In this document: positions 11,440-25,839 of the stretch, piece after piece
How positions within the stretch are numbered: position 1 is the stretch's first letter
How the letters are laid out: every line of letters starts with the position of its first letter
Assembly: GCF_006345805.1 (NCBI RefSeq)
Contig: NC_043015.1
Location: forward strand, 38,130,001-38,194,000
Length of the DNA: 64,000 bases
Direction: 5' to 3'
Source of the DNA: Octopus sinensis
Lineage: Eukaryota
Position numbers and translations under genes: made by a program
Notes under the pieces: model-generated
What the model was told of the DNA's origin: nothing
Seen by the model: only the letters and a program-made list of their open reading frames with translations
The model's database searches: none

Positions 11440-12045
11440 GACGAATCTACTGCTACTTCGCATATTACACAATCCGAAACATTTGGCCTTAATTTCGGAA
11501 TGTGTTGATATTCCACATATTTTATGTGTAGCTGTGGTTTCTGGAATATTTGCTGGTTATGTAACTAATGTCCCCACCCACCCACCCACCCAACTCCATA
11601 ACAACAATCTTGAGAAACTGGGATTCGCAAGGACACGGCTAATTAAGCAATTACAATTACATGTCATTAAGAGAACCGTGAAATATGTAGAATATCCCAG
11701 AAGATTAGTTTGTCATCTGCATATATAAAAATATAGATAAATATATATTATTAATATTATATGTATGTATGTATATATATATACATAAATACATACATAA
11801 ACGTCACGTGTGTGTATGATGATGTCAAAACATGCTGATCCACGTGCAATCAAACGGATGCACACATACAGTAGTACACATATACACGCAGGCATACACA
11901 CACACGTGTGTGTATATAAGTACACCTACAAAAGATTACTGGGCTGATGTCTGAATTCCAAGGAGAGAGGCTTGTTTCTGTGTTGGAGGCCGACTCTTCC
12001 TCTCTTGGAGATAAATTCTTCAAACTAAAACTACCACATACGTAC
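11440..12045 (+). mobile_element. R4/Dong-type LINE subfamily B 3' fragment (old copy)
   Basis: GYVTN..NNNLEKLGFARTRLIKQLQLHVIKRTVKYV plus a decayed subfamily-B UTR. Confidence 0.6.
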
Positions 12046-12069
12046 GTTCATTCATACATGCATACATGC

Positions 12070-12167
<98 letters not shown>

Positions 12168-12330
12168 TATATATACATCTATACATATATACATATATAC
12201 ATATATACATACATATATACATACGTACACACACGCACATATATATATACTCATACATAGACACATATATACACATATATGCAAAACGTTCTCGCATAAA
12301 TACATACATACATACACACACATACACATA

Positions 12331-12372
<42 letters not shown>

Positions 12373-12802
12373 ATATATATACATATATGTGTATATATGT
12401 ATATATATACATAAATATATGCATATATACACATGCATACATACATACATACATACATGCTGTATTCTTATTCTCACACGGAAGTCAGAAAGTGATGGGT
12501 GTCGGGGTGAAAAATAAAAAACCCAGCCAAGATGGTGAACATGTTTGCGTTTGGAACTCTTCTGTAAAGGAGATTAAGGAATCATTTCTGCATCAGCGAA
12601 TGTCATCGACATTCTTCTCCGTCTTTTTTGAAATACATCAAAAAATACTTCAAAATATTTTTGTCATAATTTTTATTTCAGATTTTTCTATAGACACTCA
12701 CCAAACATGTGTGTATGTGTCTATGTATATACACACACACACATATATATGCACATATATATGTATATGTATATGTGTGTGTCTGTGTGTCTGTGTGTAA
12801 GC

Positions 12803-12842
<40 letters not shown>

Positions 12843-12886
12843 CATATGTATATGTATATATATGTGTGTGTGTCAGTGTCTGAGTG

Positions 12887-12923
<37 letters not shown>

Positions 12924-13135
12924 GCACATATAAATGTGTATATATGTGTGTGTGTGTATGTGTGAGCGAGTGTGTGTGTGTTTAAGTTCCAGATTTCACA
13001 CAAACGTAAATGTACACAGATGTTCATAATGCATGCATACAAATATCTATACGCATACGTATGGACGTATTCATATGTGCATCATACATACATCTATATA
13101 CATACATACAAGAAATGGCATGTTTCTGTTTGTGT

Positions 13136-13168
<33 letters not shown>

Positions 13169-13584
13169 AGTGTGTGTGTGTCTGCACGTTGGTAAGTGCA
13201 CATGCATTCATACACATATCTGCATACGTGAATGTGTAAATGTGTGTGTATATATATGGAGAGAGAGTATGTGTGTATGTGCCTATATATATACACACGC
13301 ACACTCACGCGCGCGCACACGCACATACATTCATGCACATTCATACATAAATACATACGTGTATACATACATACAAGCATACAATACATACATAATACAT
13401 AAATACATCCATCCATCCATCCTTATATACATACATGCATACATACATACATACATATATACATACATACATACATACACACACACATACATACATACAT
13501 ACATACATACATACATACACACATGATACATACATACATACATACATACATATATGCATACACACACATGCATACATACATACA

Positions 13585-13617
<33 letters not shown>

Positions 13618-13994
13618 GCATACACACACATGCATACATACATACATACATACATACATACATACATACATACACACATGCATACACATACATACATACA
13701 TACATACACACATGCATACATACATACATACATACATACATACACACTTACATACATACCTACATACATATATACATACATACATGCATACATACATACA
13801 CATACATACATACATACATACATACATACATACATACATACATACATACATACATACATACATACGTATATACATACATGAAAGGCTTCCCGAATCTCTC
13901 GGCGATTCTCTTTTATATCCTGTTTCGAACAAAACGTTTTCTAATATTCCTGCGACTCTCCAAGACCAAACCACTTTTGTTCTCAATGTTGTTC

Positions 13995-14180
13995 TTTGGC
14001 AGAATCGTCGGTGCGTCGAACTATATATGCTCGGCACCATTCCATCCGTCTTTACGTTCTGTGTTGAAGTTTCGCCGAGGTCGACTTTGCCTTTCATCGC
14101 TTCGGAGTCGATGAAATAAGTACCGGCTGAACAATCGACCCATGCCTCCCCCCGAAATTGCTGGCCTTGTGCCAAAATGT
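13995..14180 (+). mobile_element. SINE family D (tRNA head plus GCCTTTCATCC..GTCGATAAAATAAGTACC central domain)
   Basis: Same central motif as copies at 16095-16295, 22695-22925, 26885-27113, 30540-30630 (-) and 59805-60020 (-). Confidence 0.7.
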
Positions 14181-14735
14181 TGCTGTGTGCCTGTTATTCA
14201 TGTCGCTCTTGTTTGATACTGTTGTTCTTGTTGATGTTGTGACTGTATTGCTGTTCTTCTTGTTACTCTTATGGTGTTTTTGTTATTGGTTGTTGTTCTC
14301 CTCCTTGTTTAGCTCCAGTCCAATCCCAATATTATCTTCATTTCAGAACTAATTTATCTACGATGACATGAAAATAGCTTCAAATACCATTAATCGCAAT
14401 TATTTCCAGCATATCATGTTGTACATCCGTACTTTACTGCGTCTGTTATAGATTTGCAGAGATAAAAAGGAATTCTCAAACAATATGTCCTAATTCTCAA
14501 CTTTTATTCCCAGATTTTAAATAGTTTTATAACTGACGAAATTTCTTTCATAAACAACTCTTTCAAATAACCTTGCCGCAGTCATTTCTGTTTGTTTTAG
14601 CAGCGTATTTTCTCGGTGTGTTGAGCTTTTCGTTTCGTTTAGCAACGTACATATCCAGCACCACTATTCTAGATTGTTCTTGTCGTTTATATAGGTCATT
14701 TGTATTCCATCTAGTTTCATATATATTGCATAATA

Positions 14736-15302
14736 TTGGGTTGTCCAGAAAGTTCGTGCCGATTTTTAAACGAAAGAAAAAGGTCAATAAATACTTGCCA
14801 TTATAATATTTTTAATCAACCTAATATGAACCATTTTGTTGCACAATGCGTCTCCATCTTTCCTTTAACTTGAAAATACTCTCTTCCCAGAATTGAGGTG
14901 GTTTCATGGCAAAGAATTCATCAAGGTATCTTTTTACGTCATCCATGGAATTGAAATTTTTACCATTAAGACTATTCTGCAGAGACCTGAATAAGTGGAA
15001 ATCCGAAGGAGCAATATTTAATGAATAAGGTGGGTGGGGTAACACATCCCAGCTGAGCTGCAGCAATTTTTGTCTGGTTCCCAAAGCATCAGGTGTCGAA
15101 AATGAACTTTCTTTTCTTCCATTTTAAAAGGTTACAGAATTAACAGGTTATAGGAACATAAACCTTCTTCCACGAAAAGATAGCTTAAACTGTGCTCTAA
15201 ATGGAGGTGTAGTCAAATCCTATTTTATGAACTCAACCATGTTCTAAAATAAGTCGAAAGGTAAACTACTATAAATCGGCACGAACTTTCCGGACAATCC
15301 AA
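14736..15302 (-). mobile_element. Mariner (DD34D-type) internal-deletion derivative with intact TIRs
   Basis: TIRs TTGGGTTGTCCAGAAAGTTCGTGCCGATTT / AAATCGGCACGAACTTTCCGGACAATCCAA (2 mismatches) and TA on both sides. C-terminal ORF LPHPPYSLNIAPSDFHLFRSLQNSL..LKERWRRIVQQNGSY. Confidence 0.9.
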
Positions 15303-16094
15303 TATAACAATATGACATACTGCAGCAGACCCTTGTTGTAGATGCATGTTCAGCTGCCACTACACTGTGATACATGAATGTCCAATGTAACACGTTGGTC
15401 TCATAAGATTTACAACTTATACGTGTACTTATTAATTTCTCAATGACATTAGTCGTGAAGTTTATTCACAACTTTGTTATAGATGATATATTTAATATTT
15501 ATACTTCCTCCACAAAATCGGGATAACTGCGGCCCGTCAACGCCATTGCAATCACGTCCACGTGGCGTGGCTAAACATGCCATTTGATCTAGGGTGTACA
15601 ACCCGTTACTCGCTCCCCCAGCCGTCTTCTGCTGATAAATTAACCCCCTTTTTTTCTTTTACTTTGTTTCCTTAGTGAATCAGTTATGGGAGGGGTTTCT
15701 AGATAAGATGATATTTTATGCTTTTTTCTTTCTTTTCTGCCGGTAAAATATGTTGTTAATGAAAATTTTATCTTTTATTGTTGTTTGTTCAAAGTTCTAA
15801 AAACGTGAACATTGCAAGTCTTTTCACCTGCACAAGATTTATTTTCAAATCATTTCGTCACTGCTTACATTGTTATCTTCTATGGTGTGACTACTTCGTT
15901 GCCGCATTTACAAATCCCAATATGCTGTAACTAGACCAACGATAATCTCCAACCATGGGCAACTAACGTAATAAATGACTTTTACATATAAGAAAAAAAA
16001 CAAACGTTGGTATCATATTGTTAAGGATGATTTATAAATGTATACAATATACGTTAAGGTGTGTGTTTATAGGATTTTAATTAAGGGTTGTTCA

Positions 16095-16295
16095 GGGCAG
16101 CGAGCTAGCGGAATGGTTAGCATGCCGGGCAAAAGGTTAAACGGCATTTCGTCCATAAGTTCGAATTACGCCGAGGATGACTTTGCCTTTCATACTTCCG
16201 AGGTCGATAAAATAAGTACCAGTCAAGCACTGGGGGTCGATGTAATCGACTCCCGCCCGTTCCCCGAAATTGCTGACCTTGTACCGAAGCCAGGA
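16095..16295 (+). mobile_element. SINE family D copy
   Basis: GGCAGCGAGCTAGCGGAATGGTTAGC head and ACTTTGCCTTTCAT..GTCGATAAAATAAGTACC centre. Confidence 0.75.
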
Positions 16296-16429
16296 TGTTC
16301 TTGGTTCATAGAAACTTCCTTCTGGCTGGTTTCTTTCCATTCGGTGTTAATGTCTCTTGTATTTATGATGTGAAATAGATTTTTATATTGTTGTAATACT
16401 TTAATAATTTTTAAAAACAGAAAGAAAGA

Positions 16430-16735
16430 TAACTGGTCCTCCGTCGCTTACGACGATGAGTGTTCTAGCTGATCCGGTCACCAGAACAGCCTGCTTGTGA
16501 AATTAACGTACGAGTGACTGAGCGCTCCACAGACACCCGTACCTTTAACGTAGTTCTCAGGGAGATTCAGTATGATACAGGATGTGACAAAGCTGACCCC
16601 CTTCGAATACAGGGGATATTCATTCCGGCCAGTTGTATGGATTGGAGAAACGTGAAATAAAGACACGACGCCCCACCAGGAATCGAACTCATGATCTTAT
16701 GGCTTCCAACCGAACACCCTAACCACTAATCTACA
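16430..16735 (-). mobile_element. tRNA-derived SINE (decayed)
   Basis: Minus strand GTGTAGATTAGTGGTTAGGGTG..GAGTTCGATTCCTGG A/B-box-like head at the right end. Confidence 0.55.
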
Positions 16736-17226
16736 CATTTTCTCCATTATTTTCATCTCTGTTATTACTTGGCATTTATCTCATTTATGTCACGTTTCAA
16801 GGAAGGAGACACACTAAATATTATTCTCACCAAACTTTAATTAAAAAAGAGATGACAAAGGAATAACTGATTATTTTATGAACTTCATTAGCGTGGAGCT
16901 AATTCTAATTTTGGAAGGAGCCTTTGGATTTCATCCTCCACATTTTCGCTTTCCCATTGACAATCCCTTCCTGTATGGATGCTTAAATGTATTTGCTTTC
17001 CCAAATAAACTACACTATTTAAGGGGTCTGGTGAAACTGTAATGTGTTACACGCAGGCACTAAACTATGAGCCCACCGCATCTCGTAGTGGAAACCGCCG
17101 TTTATCATCTCTTTTCTTATACACAACCACACACATACAGACAAACATGCATAGACATACATACATACATACATACATACATACATACATACATACATAC
17201 ATGCATACATACACATATGTGCATAT

Positions 17227-17291
<65 letters not shown>

Positions 17292-17593
17292 CAGTCAGAG
17301 ACAGACAAGCAGGCAGGCAGGTAGGTGGGTAGATAAGTGGGTAGGTAGGTAGGTAGGTAGGTAGGTAGGTAGGTAGGTAGGTAGGTAGGTAGGTAGGTAG
17401 GTAGGTAGGTAGATAGATACATACGTACGTACATAAACAGATATAGATAGAGAGAGAGGAGGAAATCAGAGGGAGAGAGAGAGGGGCATCATTAAATAGA
17501 TAGGTAGATAACTCGATAGATAGATAGATAGATAGATAGATAGACAGACAGATAAATAGATAGATACGAGAGAGACAGAGATGATATATATAT

Positions 17594-17638
<45 letters not shown>

Positions 17639-18043
17639 TGTGTGTGTGTTTCATATCTTTATATATACTTGCAAAGCTAAGTTTGTTTTATCGAGTGTAT
17701 CTCCTCCACTTAAACCATGTTTACATGGTTGCAGAGTAAAACCAAAGTAAAACAGCTTCAAGAACCACCACAAAAATCTAAGGCGTTGAAAGGTCGATTT
17801 CCCGATGAAACACGTCGATCCATACGGTACATTAAAGAATCACAAACGTAGCTGTATGCATTTATACACATACATATAAACAGACCACACACACACACAC
17901 GTGCAGGTACACACACACACACACACAAGCATATAAGTTTTTGTAAGGAAAAGGAGAGGATTCGCAGTGACTTGCATGTTTCGGCTTGTTCGTCTTCATC
18001 CTCTGTGTATATATATATATATATATACATATATATATACATA

Positions 18044-18078
<35 letters not shown>

Positions 18079-18539
18079 ATATATATATATACATACATAT
18101 ATATACACACATACATACACACATATACATATATTCATAAATATATGCATACATGTATATAGCGTGTGTGTGTATGCGCGTGTGTGTGTGTGTTCACGTG
18201 CGTCTGTATGTGTGCAATCTGCTCGTCAACAAAATCTCTTAAAATCGCTGGCATTATTTTGACAAGCAAACATTTTGTTAGTTTTCCATCAGATTTAAAA
18301 ATGTTTTCTTCGGGTACGAGAAGAAAAAGGGACGCTGCCAGCTTCCCTCTGCTCCGTCTCCCAGCTTCTCTTTCTTTTCGTTTCTAATCATCACCACCAC
18401 CACCACCACCACCTCCGCCACCACCATCATCACCATCATCATCATCATCATCATCATCATCACCACCATCATCATCATCATCATTATTATGAAGAAAACA
18501 TTAGCTAAAGAAAACGTTATTATTATTGTTGTTGTTATC

Positions 18540-18560
18540 ATTATTATTACTATTATTATA

Positions 18561-18595
<35 letters not shown>

Positions 18596-18975
18596 TATTA
18601 TAATTATTATTATTATTATAATTATTATTATATAATAATTATTATTATTATTATTACTATTATTATAATTATTATTATTATTATAATTATTATTATAATT
18701 ATTATTATTATTATTATTATAATTATTATTATAATATTATTATTATTATTATTATAATTATAATTATTATTATAATTATTATTATTATTATTATAATTAT
18801 AATTATTATTATTATCATAATTATAATTATTATTAAATATTATTATTATTATTATAATTATTATTATTATTATTATATTATTATTATTATAATTATAATT
18901 ATTATTATTATAATTATATTTTATTATAATTATATTATTATTATTATTATTATTATTTTATTATTATTATAATTA

Positions 18976-19014
<39 letters not shown>

Positions 19015-19100
19015 GTTGTTATTATTATTTTATTATTATTGTTATTATTATTATTATTATTGTTATTATTATTATTATTGTTGTTGTTAATATTATTATT
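18540..19100. repeat. (ATT)n/(ATAATT)n array, ~560 bp
   Basis: Direct reading. Confidence 0.95.
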
Positions 19101-19689
19101 TACATCACCACTACGGTTATTATGATCATCGTTTTCTGTCATTTTGATCAGTTGTCGTCAGTAATAGGATTTCAACAGATTAAAACATGAGTCTTCTAAG
19201 ACTTTTGGAATTTCTCTCTCACTTTCTCTCTCTCCCCCCTCCCCCCGCCCCCTCCGCACACACGCAATCTCTCTCCACGTTTTTTTATTTACTTATTTAT
19301 TTGTTTGTTTTCGTCTTTCTGTTTCTTTTAATCTTGTCTTAATCTGAATGGTGTTCCTTCCATTTGCCGAAGTAATATTTCATCGTAATCTTATTCGCGG
19401 AATGAAAAGAAATAAGGATAAACTAAAGATCGTATGGGTGCGTGATGCGTGCGTGCATGTGTGTGTGTGTTGTGTGTGTGTGGTGTGTGTGTGCGTGCGT
19501 GTGTGTGTGTGTGTGGTATCTTTGACTGAGCAGCATAGAGTTCCATCAACACTTCCCGCCAATTACAACTCTACGCATAATTCCACGCACGACTTCGAAA
19601 CTTCTTCCGATACCTTTCTACATCTCCGGTGACGCATTTCTTTCAGACCGGGATGATGATTAAGTCATCCGTCACATCACTGCCGATGC

Positions 19690-19729
<40 letters not shown>

Positions 19730-19764
19730 GCAGCTGCTGCTGTTGCTGTTGTTCGCATTCTTTG

Positions 19765-20180
19765 AACCCTGGTTTTGTTGGAACCCCCGGAGACTTACGT
19801 CGGTCGTTGCTTTGCTACCTGCAACCTACGGCACCATGCAATCGTTCTTGATGATTCTCGTCGTGTCCAGGAGGCAAACCTCCTGCAACAGCTCTGCCGG
19901 ACACTCTATTCTGACTTCCCTTTATGTTCCCCTCAATACCTTTTGACACTGTCCCCAAGGCCCCGACAACACTCACCATTATCTCCATCTTTTCCGTCTT
20001 ACTCAGTCGGGCTGTCTCCTGCTCAAGAACATTCCACACGTCTGCTTTCTCTCGTTCCTTCTTAACTGTCCGCGACTCAAGTCGATATGCAGCATCAGTT
20101 ATAAAACACGTGCGGTTCACCATGAGCGCCACCTATAGTCCCGGTTTGTTGTCATTAAAGCACCCGATCCATTTCAATTG
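19765..20180 (-). mobile_element. R4/Dong-type LINE 3' fragment with (CAA)n tail
   Basis: FITDAAYRLESRTVKKEREK..LEQETARL..VSVVGALGTV. Its 3' UTR GGTTCCAACAAAA resembles that of the 10745 copy. Confidence 0.7.
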
Positions 20181-20369
20181 GGGAAATTCCACAGGATTTT
20201 GCAAGTCTCCGATTCAGTCACTCACCGTGCTTTGTGGTGGTGTCATGTCTTGCCTCTCCCCAGCCCTCACTTTTCACACAACTATCATTATTGTATATGT
20301 ACGTAGAAATACATACATATATAACATTACATATATATGTATATGCATGTATATATATATATATATATA

Positions 20370-20560
20370 TATAGTTGAAATTTATTTTAAAAAACCAAGG
20401 ACGAAGACAGGAGTATGAACAATAAACAAGTGTATTAGTTTGAAATTCGAGAAAAATGAAAAAGTTTTTTACGTTTCGAGCCTACGCTCTTCAGCAGAAA
20501 GGAATAAGAGAAAACAAACAGAGAGAGAATGAAAAAAATGTTCTAGATTTCAGCGGTCCA
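20370..20560 (-). mobile_element. PLE pseudo-LTR-type repeat with hammerhead-like motif
   Basis: Minus strand CTGAAGAGCGTAGGCTCGAAACGT. A homologous copy at 59270-59430 lies next to a PLE GIY-YIG fragment. Confidence 0.55.
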
Positions 20561-20569
20561 GTATGCCGA

Positions 20570-20602
<33 letters not shown>

Positions 20603-20900
20603 TAATCTGACGACTCCACTAGAGTGAACGCAAGCGCTAATATATGATTTATAAAAACATATGACATAAATAAATATCTGTAAATATAAAACCATCCAGA
20701 TTTCTGAGTACTTTCATTTCTTCTAATATATAATACCTGTACTTCATCTCCAAACCTTCTAATATTTAATCTTCATATATTATATATATATATATATCAT
20801 ATATATATATATATTATATATTATATATATATATATATATAATATATATATACTACATAATATATATAATATATATAGATTATATATATATATATATATA

Positions 20901-20949
<49 letters not shown>

Positions 20950-21483
20950 TATATATAGTATATATATATATATAATATATCTATATATATATATACATAC
21001 ATATATATATATATAAACACAAATGGAGTTCAGAATTTAGGACACCTGTTTCGGTACTGTTTTAATGGTGCATTCATAGACTATATCATAATCTGTAATA
21101 CACCGTGTAAAGATAAAATTTTAAACAGGTATCATACAGGTGAGATAATACACCGAACGTGACGAATGCAACCAAGATTGTTGGATCGGTTAATTGGATT
21201 TATCACGATCGTATATCAATAGAATTCTACCGACATAACAGTCGGAAATTCTAAACGCCATTTCTGTTTTCTTTCCATATACATACGCTGCAGTTGGAAT
21301 CGACTCCTGAGTGGGATCCATGGTTTAAATCGGATTTGGCACTTATACAGCTACAGAACCCTGCAAACGCCTGATACATTCATAGTTGTTTTACCTCAAT
21401 GTGACCCCTATTTTATTGTACCTAAGCATTTCTTGAATCCTACATGTTGATGTGCCTTGATACATATGTATCCCAGAACTAAT

Positions 21484-21582
<99 letters not shown>

Positions 21583-21609
21583 CGTGCGTGTGTATGTATG
21601 TATGTATAT

Positions 21610-22487
21610 ATATAAGAATGAATGTTTTTATATATAATGAACGTGAAATACAGGAAGGGACGAACACGGAACACAGACAAATCATTCGAAGCCTTCAATC
21701 TTCAGTCAGACACCGAATCATCATAGCAAATTTCGGCTGTTCAATTCTGATATTTGCTCCAACTCGGCCAGCCCCAAAAAAAAAACTAAGCTGTAAGCAT
21801 TAGATTTCTTGATAGAAGACAGGAATGTGAACGCACAAGACGGATGTGATACAAGAGACGACAAAACGAATTGAAAACAGTAATGATAAACAAAATATAT
21901 ATAACGGTGGTTGTCATACGACTTTAGACCAAATGAGACAAAAACAACAACAACAACATAGCTGGCGTAGAAATAATTACCGTTTCGGTAGCGGGGACAC
22001 ATGTTGGTCGAGATACGAAGGCCAAAGAATGGTTTAAGAAGCAGCAGGTCGCAGGAGAGAGAGAAAGAGAGACAGAGAGAGGGGAATCAAAGAGGGTGGA
22101 AGGCAGGGGACAGAATCAGTGACCAAGAGAAAAGGAGAAAAAGGGATTAAGGAGGATGGGAGGAAGAGGGGAGGAGGATGGGAGGAAGAGGGGGGAAGAA
22201 TCGGAGGCGCCAAAAAGTTTGGTGAAGAAGCAATGGCGGGTAGGAAGACAGTGTGTATAGAAGTCGTGCAGGTTTAAAATTGGACAAAACAAACGGGGGT
22301 GGCACGTAACGCCGCAATAATATAAGAATGAATGTTTTTATATATAATGAACGTGAAATACAGGAAGGGACGAACACGGAACACAGACCAATCATTCGAA
22401 GCCTTCAATCTTCAGTCAGACACCGAATCATCATAGCAAATTTCGGCTGTTCAATTCTGATATTTGCTCCAACTCGGCCAGCCCCAA
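21610..22487 (-). mobile_element. Two 168-bp direct repeats (21610-21777, 22320-22487) flanking a non-coding core; tandem PLE pLTR-like unit
   Basis: The repeats differ by one substitution (period 710 bp). Minus strand has CTGAAGA..TTCGAAT..GTC, a partial hammerhead-like core. Confidence 0.6.
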
Positions 22488-22496
22488 GAAAAAAGC

Positions 22497-22535
<39 letters not shown>

Positions 22536-22694
22536 ATTAGTAGGAGGATGTGCATGAGCTTGGTGCACGGCAAATTACCGTATTGCTAAATTTCGTTAGC
22601 TTCCGTTAATTTCCGTCTGCTTTCTGGTCCGATAGAGGAACATGCAAGCAGTATAGGGTTATTGAGTAATGTAGAATGACAGGAAGTATTAAAG

Positions 22695-22925
22695 ACGGCG
22701 AGCTGGCAGAAACGGTAGCACGCCGGGTGAAATGCTTAGCGCTTTTTCGTCTGCCGCTACGTTCTGAATTCAAATTCCGCCGAGGTCGAATTTGCCTTTC
22801 ATCCTTTCGGGGTCGATTAAATAAGTACCAGTTACGCACTGGGGTCGATATAATCGACTTAATCCGTTTGTCTGTCCTTGTTTGTCCTCTCTGTGTGTAG
22901 TCCCTTGTGGGCAGTAAAGAAATAA
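22695..22925 (+). mobile_element. SINE family D, near full length
   Basis: GGCGAGCTGGCAGAAACGGTAGC head, GAATTCAAATTCC B-box, central domain, tail GTGGGCAGTAAAGAAATA. Confidence 0.85.
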
Positions 22926-23128
22926 GAATGGCAGGAAGCATTATGTTGGCGTCTGACGAGGTGGTCAGACATTGATCTGGTCAGACATATACGCGCTGTA
23001 ATTTATGATTTGTGATTATTTGTCGATTCCGATTATCGATCGCTGAAACGATCGTAATGCATATGTTATTCGTTCATGCTATACATAAATACACACACAC
23101 ATATATACATATATATGTATGTGTGTAC

Positions 23129-23163
<35 letters not shown>

Positions 23164-23449
23164 TGTGTGTTTGTCTGCTTGTCTGCCTGCCTGTGTCTCC
23201 GTCTGTCTGCCTGTCTGTTGACTTGTTGTGCAACTTTAATTTATTTATTTGTAAACGAAACTCCATTCCGTCTTTATTCCGATTTTCCGTTTCCTCAAAA
23301 CCAGTGTCGCGTCAATAGATGCGTGTCAGAGCATGCATAGAAAACAAAAAGTATAATCATACACACATCAACAGAGACACACAGACAGACATTCACAGGC
23401 AGACACACACACACACACACACTCGTATATATGTGAGTGATATATATAT

Positions 23450-23496
<47 letters not shown>

Positions 23497-24071
23497 TTTG
23501 CACCAACATATTCATTTCTCTATATACATTTGTGTATGTGTATGTCTGTATGCATGTATACATAAATGTATATACACATATACATACATACATACATACA
23601 TATATACATATATACATACATACATATACATACATACATATATACATATATACATACACACAAACATATTTGTATGCATATTTACTTGTGTGACTCTATG
23701 GAGTGTAATTGCGTGTGGTATGTGTGTGTGTGTGTGTGTATGATTATGTGCGCGTGCATGTGTGTATGTATGTGTGTATGCGCGTATGTTTGCTGGAAAT
23801 CCTCACAGTAAGTAGTGTGACGAACGTCTGTTTTTCACATTAGTACCCGGATGACAGAGACCGAGGCCTGTTGCCGCCATATTGAGATGTCATATTAACA
23901 CACCCGACAACCCACGATCCACCCCGATATCCTCCAGCTGTTAAAATAGACGCCACCGCTGCGTCCTTTAACCAGCGACTCTCTTATCGCAGAAATCTTC
24001 ATAATAATGTTGAAAAATGGATTCAATCGTACCATTGGTTCACTTTGTTACGCTGACAACAACAACAACAC

Positions 24072-24127
<56 letters not shown>

Positions 24128-24404
24128 TTAATAATAATAATAATGTGGCATCTCAAAACAACGATATTATTATTATTGGGGCAGGGGTAATTGAAATGAT
24201 ATCAAGAAGAACAAACAAGTATATGTAGACCAAATCCCTGTCTGCCCCCAAAATAAGCGAATTGTAAAAGATCATACTCTGGGGTACCTCACATAATTCT
24301 ACGAAAATTCCTTACATTGTAAATGTATCCTTATTTTTCTTTTTCTTTTTTGTTTTCCCTTATTTTTTGTCCCATAGACATCAGTGTTTTCAATTTCCAT
24401 GGCA

Positions 24405-24845
24405 ACTCACCTCTTAGCATCTACAGATGCAAAACCTTGTTATCCCTTGACGTCTCTGCTTGAGACTTGAGACTTGGCTGCAGCGAATTAAAGGAAAACC
24501 AAAACATAATAATAATAATAATAATAATAATTATTATTATTATTATTATTATTATCATTATTATAGGTATGATAAGAAAGGGATGTCAAAAATATCTAGA
24601 TAATATCCCAGGAGAACCATGGTCTCAGAGAAATCCAAAAGCTTGTGCTGACAAGTACTGCCCACATCCTTAGAAAAGCCCTATCAATTAAAATGCCTGT
24701 GTTATATTACATGGAGATATTTTGCTACTGTCTCTGTCACTTTCCCGCCCCAAGCTTTCAGTCATACTGTAACACCTCTTATCCTTCACGCTAGGACGCT
24801 GGGTGTGTCTCGGCAAATGATTGTAACAAACATGCAGATTAAAGT
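24405..24845 (+). mobile_element. Two R4/Dong-type LINE 3' ends in tandem, each ending in (TAA)n
   Basis: First: ..CCTTGTTATCCCTTGA..GAGACTTG..AAAAC(ATA)n. Second: IIGMIRKGCQKYLDNIPG.. followed by UTR ..AAACATGCAGATTAAAG(TAA)n. Confidence 0.6.
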
Positions 24846-24949
24846 AAATAATAATAATAATAATAATATAATAATAATATAATAATATAATATAATATAA
24901 TAATAATAATAATAATAATACAATAAAAATAATAATAATAATAAATAAT

Positions 24950-25495
24950 AAATGCCCTGATGCAGTACCAGGTATTGGCTCTCGTGCTTCTGATCTTAAC
25001 TGATGGAAGTGTTATCATGTACATTATTTTTGTCTTGGTATAAAAAATATGGCTACAGCCAATATTCTGCTCAATACCACAGATTTGCTTGTCAGTTGTT
25101 TGACCATAACCGTTGATCATGTCCCTGAGGGCGACGATATTGGCATTCTGATCACAAGCAGAAGTAGTTGGGGAGCATCATAGCCATGTGTTGAGAGGGA
25201 TTCTTTGGGGTCTCGATAATTCACCTTTGGAAACATGGGTGTTTCGTTCAACATTCTTAAACAACCCTTATTCAGGGACCTTTTGAGCAGGATGGGTTAC
25301 TCGACTAGAAAAAAATTCTAACTGGGCCCCACCTGCAAGGTCATGTGCTGTTTATCTTGATATGAGATCACCATGTTACGCACATAATGGTTGTGATGCA
25401 TGTGCCTGGTGTACCCTTATCAGACGGGTATACTGGGCTTCGTATATTTTACCCCAGTGTCACTTTGATGTCATGCACTGCTCTCTCACTCAATA
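24950..25495 (+). mobile_element. ~550-bp non-coding interspersed repeat bounded by (TAA)n
   Basis: A second, 5'-truncated copy at 54578-54965 has the same end CTCTCACTC(AAT)n. Confidence 0.7.
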
Positions 25496-25744
25496 ATAAT
25501 AATGATGATGATGATGATGATGATGATAATGGTGGTGGTGGTGGTGGTGGTGGTGACGACGATGGGGGTTGTCATGCAAGCAGAAGTTATGGCAACGTAA
25601 TATACGAAGAGGACTTGAGTGGATTGTCGCTGTAGTTGAAGAGGAGGAGGAAGAGGACGAGTTTGATCTTGGAGACGGAAGTAATAAACAAAACTAAACA
25701 GAACTCACACACACACACACACACAGTGAAGAGGATAGATAGAC

Positions 25745-25839
<95 letters not shown>

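Noticed and set aside
21610-22487. Direct repeats as LTR retrotransposon or CRISPR
   Set aside because: No TG..CA termini, PBS or gag/pol; only two long repeats and no spacer array, in a eukaryotic context.
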